Below, piece after piece: positions 1-15,495 of a stretch of DNA of 64,000 nucleotides. The DNA is from Malacoraja senta (Eukaryota). The stretch covers positions 1,178,001-1,242,000 of the forward strand of contig CM075998.1 in assembly GCA_038087875.1 (NCBI GenBank), read 5' to 3'. A model generated the notes under the pieces. That model was not told the origin of the DNA, did no database searches, and saw nothing but the letters and a program-made list of their open reading frames with translations. Positions within the stretch are counted from its first letter, which is position 1, and every line of letters begins with the position of its first letter. Position numbers and translations under genes: made by a program.

Positions 1-3000
1 CTCCCATACGTTTCACAGGCTCGTTCACCTCTTGGCAATTTTAACTGCCAAACTTTCAATGCATGACAGAATTCTATCCGGAATCATGAGGGCAAAATGT
101 GCTCGGCTTTAAGTGTTTAAAGTTGTAAAATATAACCATTCTCTAAAGCAAGATTAAAAACGATCCTGAACGGAGGTGGTTTGAATGGCTTTTCTCTCGG
201 GATAACACCCAGTATGTGATCATTGTGCATCACATTGCAGAGCTAGAGAAGCAACCTTGTTGGAAAGCCCCTGGTATGAATGATGTAAAAACTAAGTTCA
301 GTTCTTAACACTGACCCATCCACATCCACCCCGCCATGGAATTGTGACCTGGATCTTTAAAGAAAATGCAACCCCAACTTTGTACTAAGCAGCAAGCGGC
401 ATCACCTCACGGCAGAGTCCAAAGCAGGCTGACCTGGTCTCTCGGGCACGGACTCTCCCCTCGAACTAGCCTCTGCTGCCGCCAGGCACCTCTGCAAGAG
501 GTCGGCCGGGCACTCGACGATCGTGGTGTCGTCAGGCTGGCTGGGCAACTAAGCACGTGAAAGAGTTCTCACAAGCAGCAAGCCAAAGTGCAAAGGTCGA
601 GGCAAACGCCTTGAATGAAAATACATTTTGGAAATATCAAAGAATTTAAATTTGTAAAGATTATATTTTGAAATGTTTATCTAAGGAAATTACAACCAAC
701 AGACAAAATGTAAGAGCAGTGTATGTTAACCACTAATTACAGTTCAGTGTGACATTTAAAACTCACTTAGATCTCGGCATCAAAGCCCAACCTTGTCAGA
801 GTATTTAACAGCAGGACTAAATTCCACTAATTTCTTCAGACTCAGGCCAAACTGTGGAGTGCGGAGCCGAGTCAGTGACAGGAACCTTGAGATTTCCGCA
901 TTCAATGACGTCCCTGTGGAAATCCCAAGGTTGCTCTCGGTTTCATGGAGTTTATGGATTTGATGGATTTGCCATTCGGGACCATTGTAGCCAAACCACC
1001 CCCTCTCTCCACACTTGCTATCTAGTTGTGCACATTGACTGCTCAATAACGGGTGGAAAGGAATGTCAGCCGCAAGCTCACTCTTCGCCCCTCGTTCTCC
1101 TCGCAGGTCTCTGGCTGTGAGGGTTACAGCCCAGACGAAACCAAACTGATTGGATTTGCACAGCTCAGCATGAGATGACAATCCTGCTCAGAAAGCGGTA
1201 CCAAAGAATTCTGGGACGCCTCTATCAACACGACCTGAACCTCCCCTGCCCTTCCCCAAGAGCACTTTATATGATTCTGTTTAATTCTCATGCTTCAACT
1301 ATCAATGTAGTAGACCTAGCACTAGAATCTGCTCCAAGTTCTTAGCCATATGCAATGGGCTTATGCCTCCTTGAATAGAGTCAAGTGTCTTAATTAAATT
1401 GCGGAATTATAAAATAGAGGCAAGTTCATCCCCCTCCCTCTTGCAGTCTAGGTTCAGCATTAGGGTAAGAAAAGGTCTTAGAAAAGGACTGTACTCAGGT
1501 CATTTCATTTTTATTATTAAAATTTCCCCTCTGGGTTTGGAGCAATCATACCCTCTTGTCCTGCCCAGAATTGGCATTTGAAAATTGTTTTTTGGGCTTA
1601 ATTTTCCTTAAGGTAGATATACAAATGCTGCAGTACCAGTTGGTATTATACTTTGATACATTCTCAACAGTGAGATTATTCAGTATGGCTTAACCATTCT
1701 CATGCCCTCAGAACTCAGTCACCAATTAAAAATAGGAGGAGAATTCAGTCAGTGGCAATATAGGAAGATTAAAGAACTACCGTTAGAAATGGTCAGTCTC
1801 TTGCAGTGGTTGAGTGAGAGCAGTGTGTGTGTGGAAGGATTGTTATGGGTGAGGTAGTTACAAAATATACCAGATGGTTGGATCCCTATCTGACTGGTTA
1901 GAACAGAGGCCCCTTCTCCTGCTTAGCAAATATCTGCTTCTTGCAAGCCAGATGTTTTCAGTGCAAAACCTGACCCTGTGCCAGTGTTTGTCACAGTATG
2001 AACCCTGTGATGAAGGTCAGGACTGTGGGATGGACTTGGTACGTACCATGGCCCTTCAGGATTGGGCAGCCGGTAGTAGGCCCCCCTGGGTCATGACTGA
2101 CCATGGGTGATGCATCCTAGTTTGCAGATGATGTGTGGTCGGATGCAAGCTTGGGCAGCCCGGTAGTTCAGTGGGATGTGGCTGGATTTAAGGATAATTT
2201 CTCCTCGATCTTCCCCTCCCAACGTTAAGCGGCTCACCATTAAAGCAGAGAATATTTCTCATACGGCCGTGCCTGCTGTTCAGCCTGGAAGTTAATCTGA
2301 CTCCCATCTGCGTGTGAGCTTGCAGATACCGGGTGAATGAAAGGAGGCTTTTCCGTGGCATAATGCTATGGAAGGAAGGTGCAGGGGAGTGGAGCTCATG
2401 GGCTGATCTTTCTCTGCTGAACGATAAGATGCAGATACAATCTAAATGTGTTGGGGGGAAAAAAAAGTTGCTGGGGGGTTTGTGGGAAGCGACAGACCCA
2501 TTCGAGAACTCTTTCATTCTAGGATTGGGGCATTCCCTAAAGCACACAGATTTCTGTCACCCAGATCCTTGAATCATAGTGTGTTGGCTTCAGTCCAGCC
2601 ACAATTTGTATGCCAGTTAGTGAGAGATTCTCTAAAGCATAGAACTATAGGAATAGCAAATAAGCAGTGCCTCTCTGGATTAGACTTGAATTTAGGCAGC
2701 ACGAACTTGAGTACTTAGTTTGCACTTAGCCATGGCTATTATATATCGGGGGAAGAGTGTGGTGGTGGGGAACTGTGGGATGCCCTTGTTGGTTAGAAGC
2801 AGAAGTTAATTGCAAATTGCAACGATGCCTGTAGGCAATGTTCCCCTGGAGTGACGCAGAGTCCCTGGGTAGCTCCAGCCCGTCCCCTTCTCTGTCCCTG
2901 GAGCCGTGCCCTTGCCAAGATTTGAAGCTGAACACTTGTGGGTTTGACGCCAACTCCAGCCTCAAATTTAAGGGCAGAAAGTGGCTGTTTCTCATTTGGA

Positions 3001-3876
3001 AGGGGAAGGGGGTAGAGGGAGGAAGAGGAGAGCTGCTCCTCCTGAAAAACCAAAGATTGATAGGACAACTCGGGTCGTGGGAGCTGTGAACCCTGACAAC
3101 CAAACGTAGACAGAGCAGGAACTATTGTGAAATGAACCTTTAGAAGCTGTGAAGCTCCTAGGTCTTGCCCTCCTCCATTATACTCTCAGAAATCAGTCAT
3201 GGGAGAGCTAAGGCAACCAGAGGACAACAGACGAGGCTGTTCCACAGAACCAAATAAATGTGATAGCAATCAGGCAGTGTTGACTTGTTTGTAAGTGTGT
3301 GTCCTCAAAGTTAGCACTGAGACAGGTTTTCAGAGGGATCAAGAACTCTCATTTTCAGAAGGGTCGACCCCTGCACAGTTCAGGTTTAGATGCAACATTA
3401 GAGGGGGGTGGGAAATCTTCCTCAAATAGGTTTGGTTAGCACGGCTCCAGTGGCAGAGCACCTGCTGCACTTGGTGAAGGAGAGCCTGAGGCCGGTAAGA
3501 TGTGCTCCCAGTTTCACTGCCTTCAGCCACGCTGAGAGGATTAAAGTGGCCACCAACATATCAGGGCAAAGGAAAACATTTCTTGCTGTGATCGCCACCC
3601 AGCATTCAGGATAATATCTGAAACGTGGTCCATTGCAACTGAAGCTACAGCGTCACACACCGCAGGGGAGAGAGGATTGAATGGTTCTCCTCTCCCACCG
3701 AGCTCGGTCACCAGCCTGGTTGCCAGAGTCAGTCAGCTTGCCAAGTTGGAGCAGAGAAAGAAAAATGGCAACTTAACCAGCAGAGACACTTGGGAGAAGA
3801 ACCCCCTCCATAAATTGTGGGTAAAGAGCAGGGAGAGAAATGTTGTTTGTGGGTTGGTAGGGGACGAGTTTAAAAA

Positions 3877-3903
3877 ATATATATATATATATATATATAT
3901 ATA
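3877..3903. repeat. (TA)n microsatellite
   Basis: About 13 TA units. Confidence 0.95.
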
Positions 3904-5169
3904 AAGGGTTTGGTAGAAATCAGGTTGGGTTATCTGGGGGTCACAGTGCCATTCTAGGAGCATGCAAATTCATAAAGTGGGATACAGACTCTGGGTACGG
4001 CATGCCAGTTGTTGGCATCGTTTAAAGTGGGCACAGGGGGTGTGCACCACTCTTTATTCTAATCACAGATGTGCAATAGCCAGTATTCTGGCACTGGGAC
4101 AGGGATTTAATACCAGCAAAGAAAAGGTTAAACATAGCAGGTGTAAACAGTTGGCGCTTCAGGTCGATGACCTCTCTGCAGATGAAGTTACAGTGATGTT
4201 CCTCACCCCCAATCTCACAGACACAGGAGTGTTTGGATTTGGCAAAATACAGCAACCCTAGCAAATGATTTTAGGACCAAGCACAGAAGGGGAAATGAGC
4301 TCTGTTCAGTGACCAGTAAGTGTACATGACTGAGGAAAGTGCCTTGTATTACTGTTTTGTGCAAAGGATTTACCTGGTTGTGGATGAGTGTGAAGCATTG
4401 TAAGGATTTATTAGTATACGGGTTTCAGTGTATAAATGCTGCTGCTGTTTATATCCCATGGTTACTGGATATTCTGTATCCTCTTCATGGAAGATTGGCG
4501 AAATGGTGACTAATATTTTATTTAAACATTTGATGTGAATGTGAAGAATTGTGAAAGGATTCCACCATTTTGCAAATGATTATTTTTTGTTCAACATTGT
4601 AGAATGTGCCAGTAACCAACTTGTTGCCTACTGACGAAGCTCTCCCTATGGGTATAACAGGTACAGTTGTCTTTCAAATAAGATTTAGCCAGCCAGTTCA
4701 CATGTGCTATTCCATGCAACCATTCACAGTACCAGGTTTATATGGTGCTGGATCAATTTGTCACCAAACCCTCAGATCCCCAGTGGGGCAAGGTTAATAC
4801 ATGCAGCTCTCCAATGCAGAAGTGCTTTATAAGCAAGGAGCTGCCACTCATCTATAATACAACACACAAGGGTGGCAGTCTGCATAAGATTCCTGTGGAA
4901 ACATTTCAGCTCTAACATTACTCATTATTCAAACTCCAGTTGCACTCATTCCTGGACCCAGGCCAAGTAAGTAGATCCTGGTTAGATAGTCTTAAAGAGT
5001 AGATGATAGTCCCACCATGGGAACAGAAGCCAGGAGAGAGATGCCACTTCTCAATTAAAAGAAAAGTACACTTTCACTCGGTTCTTCAATCCAGAAAGTG
5101 AGCAGCAAGCAAGGTTAAAGCTAGGCTGCTTTAACCTGGGCTGCTCTCTCTCTCTCCATCACAGGAGAC

Positions 5170-5875
5170 AAGACTATCAACAGATGAATATTACAAACCT
5201 ACCGACTTCCAGTTATCTGGACTACACTTCTTCCCACCTTGCCTCTTGCAAAGATGCTATTCCCTACTCTCAATTCCTCTCTGCTCCCAAGATGAGGTCT
5301 GCCATACCAGCACATCAGAGATATTATCCTTCAGGGAACGTGGGTTTCCCCCCCTTCTCTCATACATGGGGCTTCACCCGTGTCTCTTCTGTGTCCCATC
5401 ATTCTGCTCTTGCTCCACTTCCCCTCCAGACGCCACAAAGTTCCCCTGGTCCTCACCTTCCACATCCAACACATTATCCTCCGACATTTCCATTACCCAA
5501 TATGGGATCCCACCACTGATCACATCTTCGTATCCACACTCATCTTTCCACAGAGACCGTTCCCTCCGCAACTCATTGGTTCACTAATCCCTTGGCACCC
5601 AAACCACCACCTCCCCAGGTACTTTCCCCTGCAATCACAGGAGATGCAACACCTGATGTTATAGCTCCTCCATCAACTCCATCCAGGGACACCGACAGTC
5701 CTTGCAGATGAGGTTCACATGTACCACCTCAACTCATTTACTACATCCAGTGTTCCCGATGTGGGTCCCTGTACATCGGCGAGACCAAACATACTCAGTG
5801 ACTGTTTTGCAGCTGAACACTTACGTTCGGTCCGACGGCCTATGGGATCTCCTGGTTGCTAATCATTTAAACCTC
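5170..5875 (+). mobile_element. Degenerate Penelope-like element (RT thumb to GIY-YIG region)
   Basis: Frameshifted KPT..SYLDYTSSH.ASCKDAIPYSQFL..., RDRSLRNSLVH and FTCT...YIGETK motifs. Confidence 0.85.
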
Positions 5876-8800
5876 TCCAAACAAATGGCTTTCAGAATGA
5901 GGATTTTCCTCCCAGGAAATCAATTGAAAAGATGCATCTTATTAAAATAAAACATTAAATTGGATGTGTTGGAAAAGGCAACTGTAGAGTACTGAGCACT
6001 TTGTACCATAGAAAGAGCTTTCGTGAATCGGTGGGAGTTGAGAAGCAGTTGATGATTTGTTTGCTCCCGCTCCTACATTCTGAAAATGTCACAAGTAAAG
6101 CAACCACAATCCAATTGTGCCTCGTCTCTGCACTACTTAATTCCATTCTCACTTGGTAACAGTTGTGGTCAAGCACCGTCTCAACATTGCAGCTCCTGCT
6201 GCAGTCGGGCACCACCATTTTGCAGTTATACGGACAGTCTGAGCCCAGCCTCTCAGTGCAATATTCAGAAGCCCAGTGTTGGTTACTGAGTGTACATGTT
6301 TGTGGCAAGCATCAGCTTTGGCTCAGTCAGTCAGACTCACGCCCAACTGCAAACCTGGTCAACTTTACAGAGCAGCACTGAGGCAGTACCACGTTGCTGG
6401 GGACATTGTCTTGGGGATAATATGATGTATTGAAGACTCTGCCAGCTGCACGTGGACATAAATCTATCTGAAGAGTAGGGCGGTCCATTACACTCCACAC
6501 ACACCACTCTGTGCTTGGTCATTAATCCCGTCCTAACCAACACAGGTCGTAATGCATCATCTGGCTACTCATTTATTGCTCGTGAACCCCAATGTGCGCA
6601 AATTGGCTGCCACACATCTACAAAATGATGAAACACACTTTAGTGAAAAAGGCAAGTCATTGATTGAAAAGCACTTTGGGACACCGAGGCCGCAAAGCTA
6701 AAGGCGCTAAATTCAAGCTTCATTCTCCGTGCTTGGTATTTTTCATCAACAGTTGCTGCGGTTAATAGGATTATCATAAAGAATTCAGCCACTATCAACA
6801 GTGCAAATAATCCTGAACTTCCAGGCTCATCAAATTAAGAAATAACAAGCGCAAATAGATTGGCTTGGGCTGTGTTCATTTGAATTGCCAGGAAGTGCAG
6901 GCCATTATATGGAGTCAGAGAGACAGGAGAGTTACCAGTGCCCCCACCTTGCTGTAAAATACCACAGATATTCAACAAAGCAATCTCCAAGTTTCCCCAA
7001 ACCAGATTAAGATCTGTAAACTCAAGTATTACCAGAAGATCAACAGAGACGGCCCTGGTTCAGCTTGGTCTGAACGGGATCTCAAGACAGTGGTGAATCA
7101 ACAGAGCACAAGAAGAAATCTTGCAACAGAAATCACAGGAGAACAATTTGAATGACCGGGATTAAATACTTGGTATCTCAGTCACCAATTGTGTATCAGA
7201 AACCACAGAAACACCCTTCTAATGACAGATCAAAGACTGGGTATCGCAGGCACCAACTGTGCATCAGAAACCGTTGCACACAATGTAAGGTTGATGTGGT
7301 AGTTACTCCTCATTTGGTCACGTGTGTGTCAGATGTAATAACAAGGATAATAGAGAGGAGGAGGATTTGCAAGATTTAAATGGTTCCAAGTGACAGGAAG
7401 CTTCCTCGAAAAAGGTAGACCATTAAAAAAGTTAGAGTCTGAAAAAGAAAGATTTAAGAATCTTGAACCACGAATAGTTGAATTGAAATTAAAACCAACC
7501 AAACAAATCAAAATTTTGTTTAAAGATTCTTTGAGAGAGCCAATAGCATAGAATGAGAGAGAAAATGTCCAAGTTGAGTTTAGATAAACTGATGACAACC
7601 AAAGAAAAATCGACAAAACGTTTCCAGAGGAGAAACAAAATATCTCAGCGCAAACATCAGCCAGAAGACGAGGATTTATTACATTCCTTAAAGATAGTGC
7701 TGAAAACCATTGACATTGAATATGGACTGTATTCAAAACTTTGCAAATCTATACTGAGCTATGAACATGCTCCAAAACACAAATCAACCTAGCGATGACT
7801 GAGATACAATGAGCATCTCTGGATTTTGAAAAAGGGTAAAGCTATTAATGTAATTCTCAATGCTTAAGCTTGTAATGATTAGTCATGTCATAAATATTAA
7901 ATAAAATTATAAGTTAGTGCATCTTTCTGACTTCCTCTGATGGCTGAACATTACAATTACTCCTTCCAGCAATTCGGATGTTTGGCTTGCGTGACTTGCT
8001 CACACTGGGTTAGAGACAACAGTAAGAAGGCAAGCAAACTTATGATTGTGAACAACAAATTCCAACCCAGTTCTTCGTGTTGGAGTGGGGGAGAGAGAGA
8101 AAATGGGGAAGCATTGTCTTTTGAATACTACCAATGAGATATTTTGAGAATTTGCCATGCATTCCAATTCTGCAGTAGGAAAGAAATGACATATATCCTG
8201 GGCCTTTCTCTCCCCCTCCCCACCCCCCCCCCCACCAGGTTTCCTGGTGATCAGTACACTGTTATTAATTATCAAAGCAAGTTAAAAATGCAACAAACGG
8301 ACACCATTCAAGGCAGCTTGCTTCAGAATATTCTTTGTCACTCCAAATGTCTATTGAAGACATTTAAAGAACACAGGGCCAGGCACCAGAGTGCATGAAC
8401 AATTCCAGTTTAGTGTTCCACCACCGCACGTCAAGACGAGTTTTCTCTGTAACAACTTGAAGTTCAGCCACGTTGTATCAACTGCATTGTCAACTTTCTG
8501 GAAAGCAAATATTTCAAGCAGAAAACGTTAACCTTGAGATTAGTAAATGATTGGTCATGCAATTGGCAGTGATACGGTGCACTTGTGTAAAAATGTCACA
8601 CTTGCATTCTTTACAATGGAGATAGCATTCCAGCTCCTATTACAGCTGGTCATCCATTCAACGTGCAGAACTATTTAACCTCTTCACTTTGGGAGAGTCG
8701 TGTACCTGCTGGCAATGATCCAGCAAAACACTGGACAATTTCAGATATTTACACAATCCACAATTTTTGTGGTCACCAGAATTTGGGGAGAACTGGTGTT

Positions 8801-9179
8801 CAGGTCACCAACTGTTTAACTAGCCCTTCGATCTAAATCCTTTTAGAGTGGGAACAGCTGAAGTCATTTTATTTGGGTGAAGAGTACGTTTCCCACTCCA
8901 CAATGACATGAGACAAAATCTGGGCTGAAGTCCGAAGGCCACACCACTGCCTTAAGCATCAAAGGCAAATTCTTCTCCCAGTCTGTGAAAGATCCCATGG
9001 CATTAATTGCAAAGAGCTCTGGTGTACTGGTCAGTTTTATCCCTCAATTCACAGGCCACTTAACTGCTTGCTGTGCGCAAAGTGGCGAGTATGTTCTTGC
9101 AGCTCAGAGATTATTGCAGGTACTATTGCTCAGTGTCAGCTCTGCATCCACATTGAAAAGATAGGCGCAGGTGCAAAAA

Positions 9180-11017
9180 AACTTTATACTAAAGAGTTTA
9201 TTATTTATTACATGCTAAACAAAAAAAATCATGACACAGACAATACACACTGGAAAATAGTTTTAAGCAAAAGTCAACAGTATCGGTCATCAGTCCTTTT
9301 ACTCCAAAGTTCAATTTGAATGTTTCTTGAGCCGTTTCTGATTTCAATGGACGAGCTCGACTATGTGTCTCTGTGTTTTGGGGACTGAGCAGTAGGAATT
9401 CCAGCCTGGATGAATAGAATACAAGTCCTTCCTCATCTGGTGGCTGCAGGGGTCTCCCAGAGAACGAGTGTGGGCAGACTCAGTTACCAGAGATGGGGTC
9501 CACAACACACAATGGGCTCCGATTTAACGCTGACCCAGACAGCATCGTGGACAGTTGGTATCACTATTCAAAGAAACTTTGTGATGTCTGGTGTTAATGT
9601 GTTGTTGGAGATCTACTCATCATTTGGTTGTCTCAACACAGGACACGTAGAGCAAGAAAGTAATCCCCGGGCAGTGAAGAGGTCCCCAGCAATCTATGCA
9701 TCATTGCTTTTTTAATTGGAACTTAGAACGCAATGATCAACAGTAAAGTGAGTAACATCAAGCACAATATAATAAAAAGACCGACTTTACCTGCGATTAA
9801 AATGAAAGATCACCTTAAACCAAATCAAGTACCACAAGAGGCTGTAGTGGTACGCCCAACACACGCCCAGGAAGCAGAGTCCAACACTGGGGAGCATTTA
9901 GCAAATACCAGAAAGGTCAGATTAAAACTGCAAACCATAGCACATATTATCAAATTCTTCACTTCCCATCTAAGATAAAATCAAAAACATTTAATATTTT
10001 CAGCAGCATCCCGTCCTCATACACATGCTGTCCGTATGTAAAAACAAGGTTTAAAATGATAGAGAATGGGGAACAAAGGCCGATTGACTGAAGACTAATG
10101 TCAGGTTGGCAACCCCCAACATTGCTGCAAAAGTGGTGTTATTCTAATGCCTCCATTTTCATCTCACTGGAATTTGATGCACAACTTGGATGCAAAAGGC
10201 AATAATCCTTGCAATGACATGGTTACCCATCCGTGAAACTCCCATATAGGGAAGACTGTTGTTAAAGCAGGCTGGTGACAAAACATTCAGCCTCGCGATG
10301 CGAGTGACTGATCTCTAGCTTGCTGGCAAACTCATTCAATCAAGTATGATGCCCAAAAAAAAGAGCAGAGCGTGCGATAGCCTTTCACTTCAAGGCTGTT
10401 CTGTAGACAGGGGCTGGGCAATAAAAAAGACACAGCTACCTCAATCTCAGTTACTGACTTTTTTTTGCTCTGTAAAACCTTGATAACCTAGGTGCCTTTA
10501 GTTATTGGTTTGTTACATTATTTCTTGATCAGCCTAATACATCCTTTCTACAACAAATATTGGGAGACCATTTGGAAGGGGCATTAAAAGAGTCGACCAA
10601 ATAGAACGTGTAAAAGGAATGACAACTTAGCCAGAAGGTTATTTATATGGTGTTGGAGCCAAGCGAGTGAGTGTTGCACAGAGCTACGGCCACACTGGAT
10701 CCTCACTGCAGCTTTAACTGCGACGATCCCACAGCCACTTTCCAACACGCACCTTTTGGGGTTGGCAACAATTACCAGTGGAGAGGAAATAGGATTCAGT
10801 GTGCCCAAACAGAGTCCTTTTCAGAGTGTACCTCTAAACTGAAATGTAGCAGTCAGTTCCTCTTACTCCAAATAGTTATTTTTCTTTTCAAAATGTTAAT
10901 TTTGACATGGGCACGTGAATAAACCACTTTGCAGCAGGAAGGCGAGCTGATACTGATATCTAGAACCCAAAAGGCCAGTCACCAATTAAAACATGTAAGT
11001 CACCATATCCACAGTAT
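9180..11017 (-). other. LIMA1: LIMA1 3'UTR (putative, ~1.8 kb)
   Basis: Repeat-poor stretch between the TAG stop (11018-20) and tandem AATAAA signals. Confidence 0.55.
9197..9209 (-). terminator. Tandem AATAAA polyadenylation signals for LIMA1
   Basis: Plus-strand tttatt at 9197-9202 and 9204-9209. Confidence 0.55.
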
Positions 11018-12061
<1,044 letters not shown>

Positions 12062-12290
12062 TTAAGGCGGCTCACAAAGAGAGAACAAGGACCCGCAGAG
12101 CAGGCCTCAGCCAAACAAAAGTTGTTATTAAATGCAGACAAAGAAACAAAGCACAACACGGCAGCATTACAGGACTCATCTCAATGGAGTTGGTTCATCA
12201 GTGGATCCCAAACTAGACTCTCCAAATCCTTACCTCATCCCAGAGGCAAGATTACCCCTTTAACTTCTTCCCCACCCAGTCTCAAAGGTT

Positions 12291-12490
12291 TCGGGTGGCA
12301 CAGAGGCGCAGCTACTGCCTCACAGCGCCAGAGACCCTATTTCAATCCCGTGCTGTCTATGCAGAATTTGCATGTTCTGTGACCTTGTGGGATTCCTCTG
12401 GGTGCTCAGTTTTAAAAAAGTTTTTAGAGATACAACATGGAAACAGACCCTTCGGCCCACCGAGTCCAGGCTGACCAGTGATCACCCCTT
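12291..12490. mobile_element. HE1/V-SINE fragments (5' part on +, 3' tail on -)
   Basis: gctactgcctcacagcgccagagaccc head and inverted ggaaacagacccttcggcccaccgagtcc tail. Confidence 0.7.
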
Positions 12491-13151
12491 ATGCTTTGAT
12501 TCAACGTCTGGATCGCTCATCAGTCTGGAGGGCGGGTAGAGCTGGGAATCGCAACGTGGGTGCGTTTACACCTGGAGCTGGCGGCCAGTGTGCTTCTGTA
12601 CTTCCCGCTCCCTTTAAACTCAGCCAGGTTCACTGGGAAATTATACTACAGTGCAATGTGGCAAAAGCAAAATAAAAAATGTGTTTGTATATTAACAGGA
12701 GTCAGGAAAATCTGCCAGTCCAGCACTGGGTACTCAGGAGTGCCAGCTTATCAGAGTTTTATGGTATTTATTATTGGGAGAGAAAGATGTGTGGTGAGGG
12801 ATAGTAAGCATGTGGACTGGATCTAGAGCTATCCAGTCCCTTTGGCCCAACTCGCCTGTGCCGACCAAGTCCCATTTGGCTGTGTCTGCCTGTCATTGCA
12901 CTGGCAAGCACAAAGCCCAGAATCTAACTGACAAATCAAAGGCAGGTCTTCAGGGAAATAGCCTCTTGTTAGTGTGGATTGGGAATGTATTGTCTGTATG
13001 GAGCATTGGCTTGAGGTGGTGGGAAGCAAAAGCCCAAGGAAAAATCATGCAAAGTTTATCGTTACCCATACTTGTCGGAGAGGAGGGCCAGAGGTTCAAG
13101 AGAACACATTTTAGACAAAGACTAAGGGTGAAAGCAGAGTCAGAGCCCTCA

Positions 13152-13319
<168 letters not shown>

Positions 13320-13639
13320 TTAAGATGAAAATTGTACAAGAACACCAAGGCACAATCTTGAACTGTGACAAGACATTAGGATTAACTGGCACCACTTCAC
13401 ATGTTCAAAATGTCCTTTTGATCTCAAAGGAATCAGAGGAGAGACTGGCTTGGAGAAAGTCGGCAGCAAAGATGGACAAATTAGGAGGATGTCACGTTTG
13501 GATTTTGCTAATTCAGTTTAGACTTTGGTTTTGATGCTTTCTCCAAACAGTTTCCCCGATTATTTGTCAAACACAGATTAGCAGAACGGGCAGGAAGAGG
13601 AGGAGGAGCAAGGTGACATCTTCAAACAGCCTTGGCACC

Positions 13640-14030
13640 AGGAGAAAAAGTAGGAACAGGCCATTCAGCCCCTTGTGGCTGCTCTGCCATTCAGTAAGAT
13701 CATGGTTCACCTTTCACCTCTGCACTGACCCACATCCTAGGATTTCTTTAACATCCAAAAATCTATTCGGTCTCGCTTAAATATACTTAGTGACCAAGCC
13801 TCCACTGGCATCTTGGGTTGAGAATTCCAAAGATTCACCAACCTCTGTGAATAATTCTTCTTCATGTCTATCCTCAACGGACAACACCTTGCTTTGAAAA
13901 TGTGGGCCTTGGTTTCTGACACCCCACTCCGTCAAGCCCTGAAAGAATTGTGCGTAGATCAATGAGATCCCCTCCCATTGTACCAAACTCGTGAGGGGTC
14001 CAGTCAACTTAATCTCCCCTCAAGGAGCAA
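13640..14030 (-). mobile_element. CR1 (HER1-like) LINE 3' fragment, old
   Basis: Degenerate SQRLVNLWNSQP...SIFK..ID RT C-terminus and tail. Confidence 0.75.
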
Positions 14031-15319
14031 CTGCCCTCTCAGCATTCAACCTGGTATAGATGGTGACGAGGTTTCAAGGTCACGTTGGGCTCAAACAAAA
14101 GTCTTGCTTTACATTGAAAACTATCAAGTTTACATCAGAAATTATGCAGTCCTCAATTTTTTGTGGGGGTGGGCAAAAGGGATGGTATGGAAAAGCTTTT
14201 CTACGGATCCTGTGCCCAAAACCCCAACCCTTACATGGCAGCATTGGCATACTTGGCACCCGCTTGCCCAAATCCACAAATAAGAATGCCCACAATTGTT
14301 TGACACCCTATGGATTAAAAAAAACATCTACATAAATGCAAACCAAGACTGTAATCCTCCTCTCCCTACCCAATAGCAACACAGCCATGCAGCTCAAGCT
14401 GAACGCACTTCGGATAAGTTGTGCAGTTAACGGAAGCAGGACAAGGGCAGCATCTTGCTTAGACATCAATTCAGATCAAACAATTTTTGTTAAAGTTTTA
14501 AAAAATGTCAAGTTTCATTACAAAGAGCAAACAGAACCTCATATCGGAGAGAGAGGAATGCAGAGAGAGAAAAGGGATACTTCAGGAACAGGTAGAAGCT
14601 GAAAAATAGGCAAAGAAATAGGATTAAGCAGCAATATAATCAACAAGCAATAGGATGTCAAACGGTAATATCAAAAGAGTTCATAATCACAAATGATTTA
14701 GTACTGAAAGAGACTAAACAATTCTTCATGTGTTCCCCTCCCCTTGATTGTTTAAAACTCCAAATGAAATCTCTCCATAAGATATTATTCTAAACATTTC
14801 ATGTATTAAAAGCTGGAAATATAGTGAATATTTTTCAATAGTCACCAGGAGAGCGCAGAATCCCAGGTAGATATTCTATGGCCAAAATTCCCCTTTAAGA
14901 AATTAGCCTACTTTGGAGGATTGAACAACTTGGTTACTGACAGATACCCAATCTCCAGGGAGCAGTTAATTCTAGTTCCATTCAGATTAGCATGGCAACA
15001 GATGTGGTAATAAGCTCATCGATCTTGTAACCATGGCAACCCAGCGCCGGAGAAAGGCTCCACGCAGCAGGTGGCTGACAACTTAGACGCAAGCTGCATT
15101 GTGCGGGAACTCTCTGGACGGTGACCGAGCAGTGTCCAGGAGACAGGCTATTTGCTCGGGTCAAAACTCCTCTCCTTATCCCAGTGACAAACTTGGAGGC
15201 TCAAGGTCTGCCACCGAGATAAGGGAGTCACTTGTGCAAACACTGGAAGCTCTCCAGGCAGCAGGCCCCTGGACTACAGACAGACAGGGGCAGCATTAAA
15301 CTGATCCAAGGTTTAGGGA

Positions 15320-15495
15320 CTGCTGATGCTGGTTTACAAAGAAAAACACAACATGTTGGAGTAACTTAGCGGGTCAGGTTCGGGTCGTGACCCTTCTTCA
15401 GATTCCGGGTCTGAAGGAGGTTGTCTGAAGAAGGGTCCCGACCTGAAACGGCACCTATCCATGTTCTCCAGAGACGCTGCCGGTCCCACTGAGAC
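15320..15495. repeat. Penelope terminal-repeat fragments in inverted (palindromic) arrangement
   Basis: gagtaacttagcgggtcagg...cccttcttcaga / tctgaagaagggtcccgacc...gctgcc. Confidence 0.75.

Noticed and set aside
14579-14600. Possible 18-nt micro-exon (tttttcag|CTTCTACCTGTTCCTGAA|gtatcc) and a 3-nt one near 19346
   Set aside because: Weak donor or weak pyrimidine tract; indistinguishable from chance.
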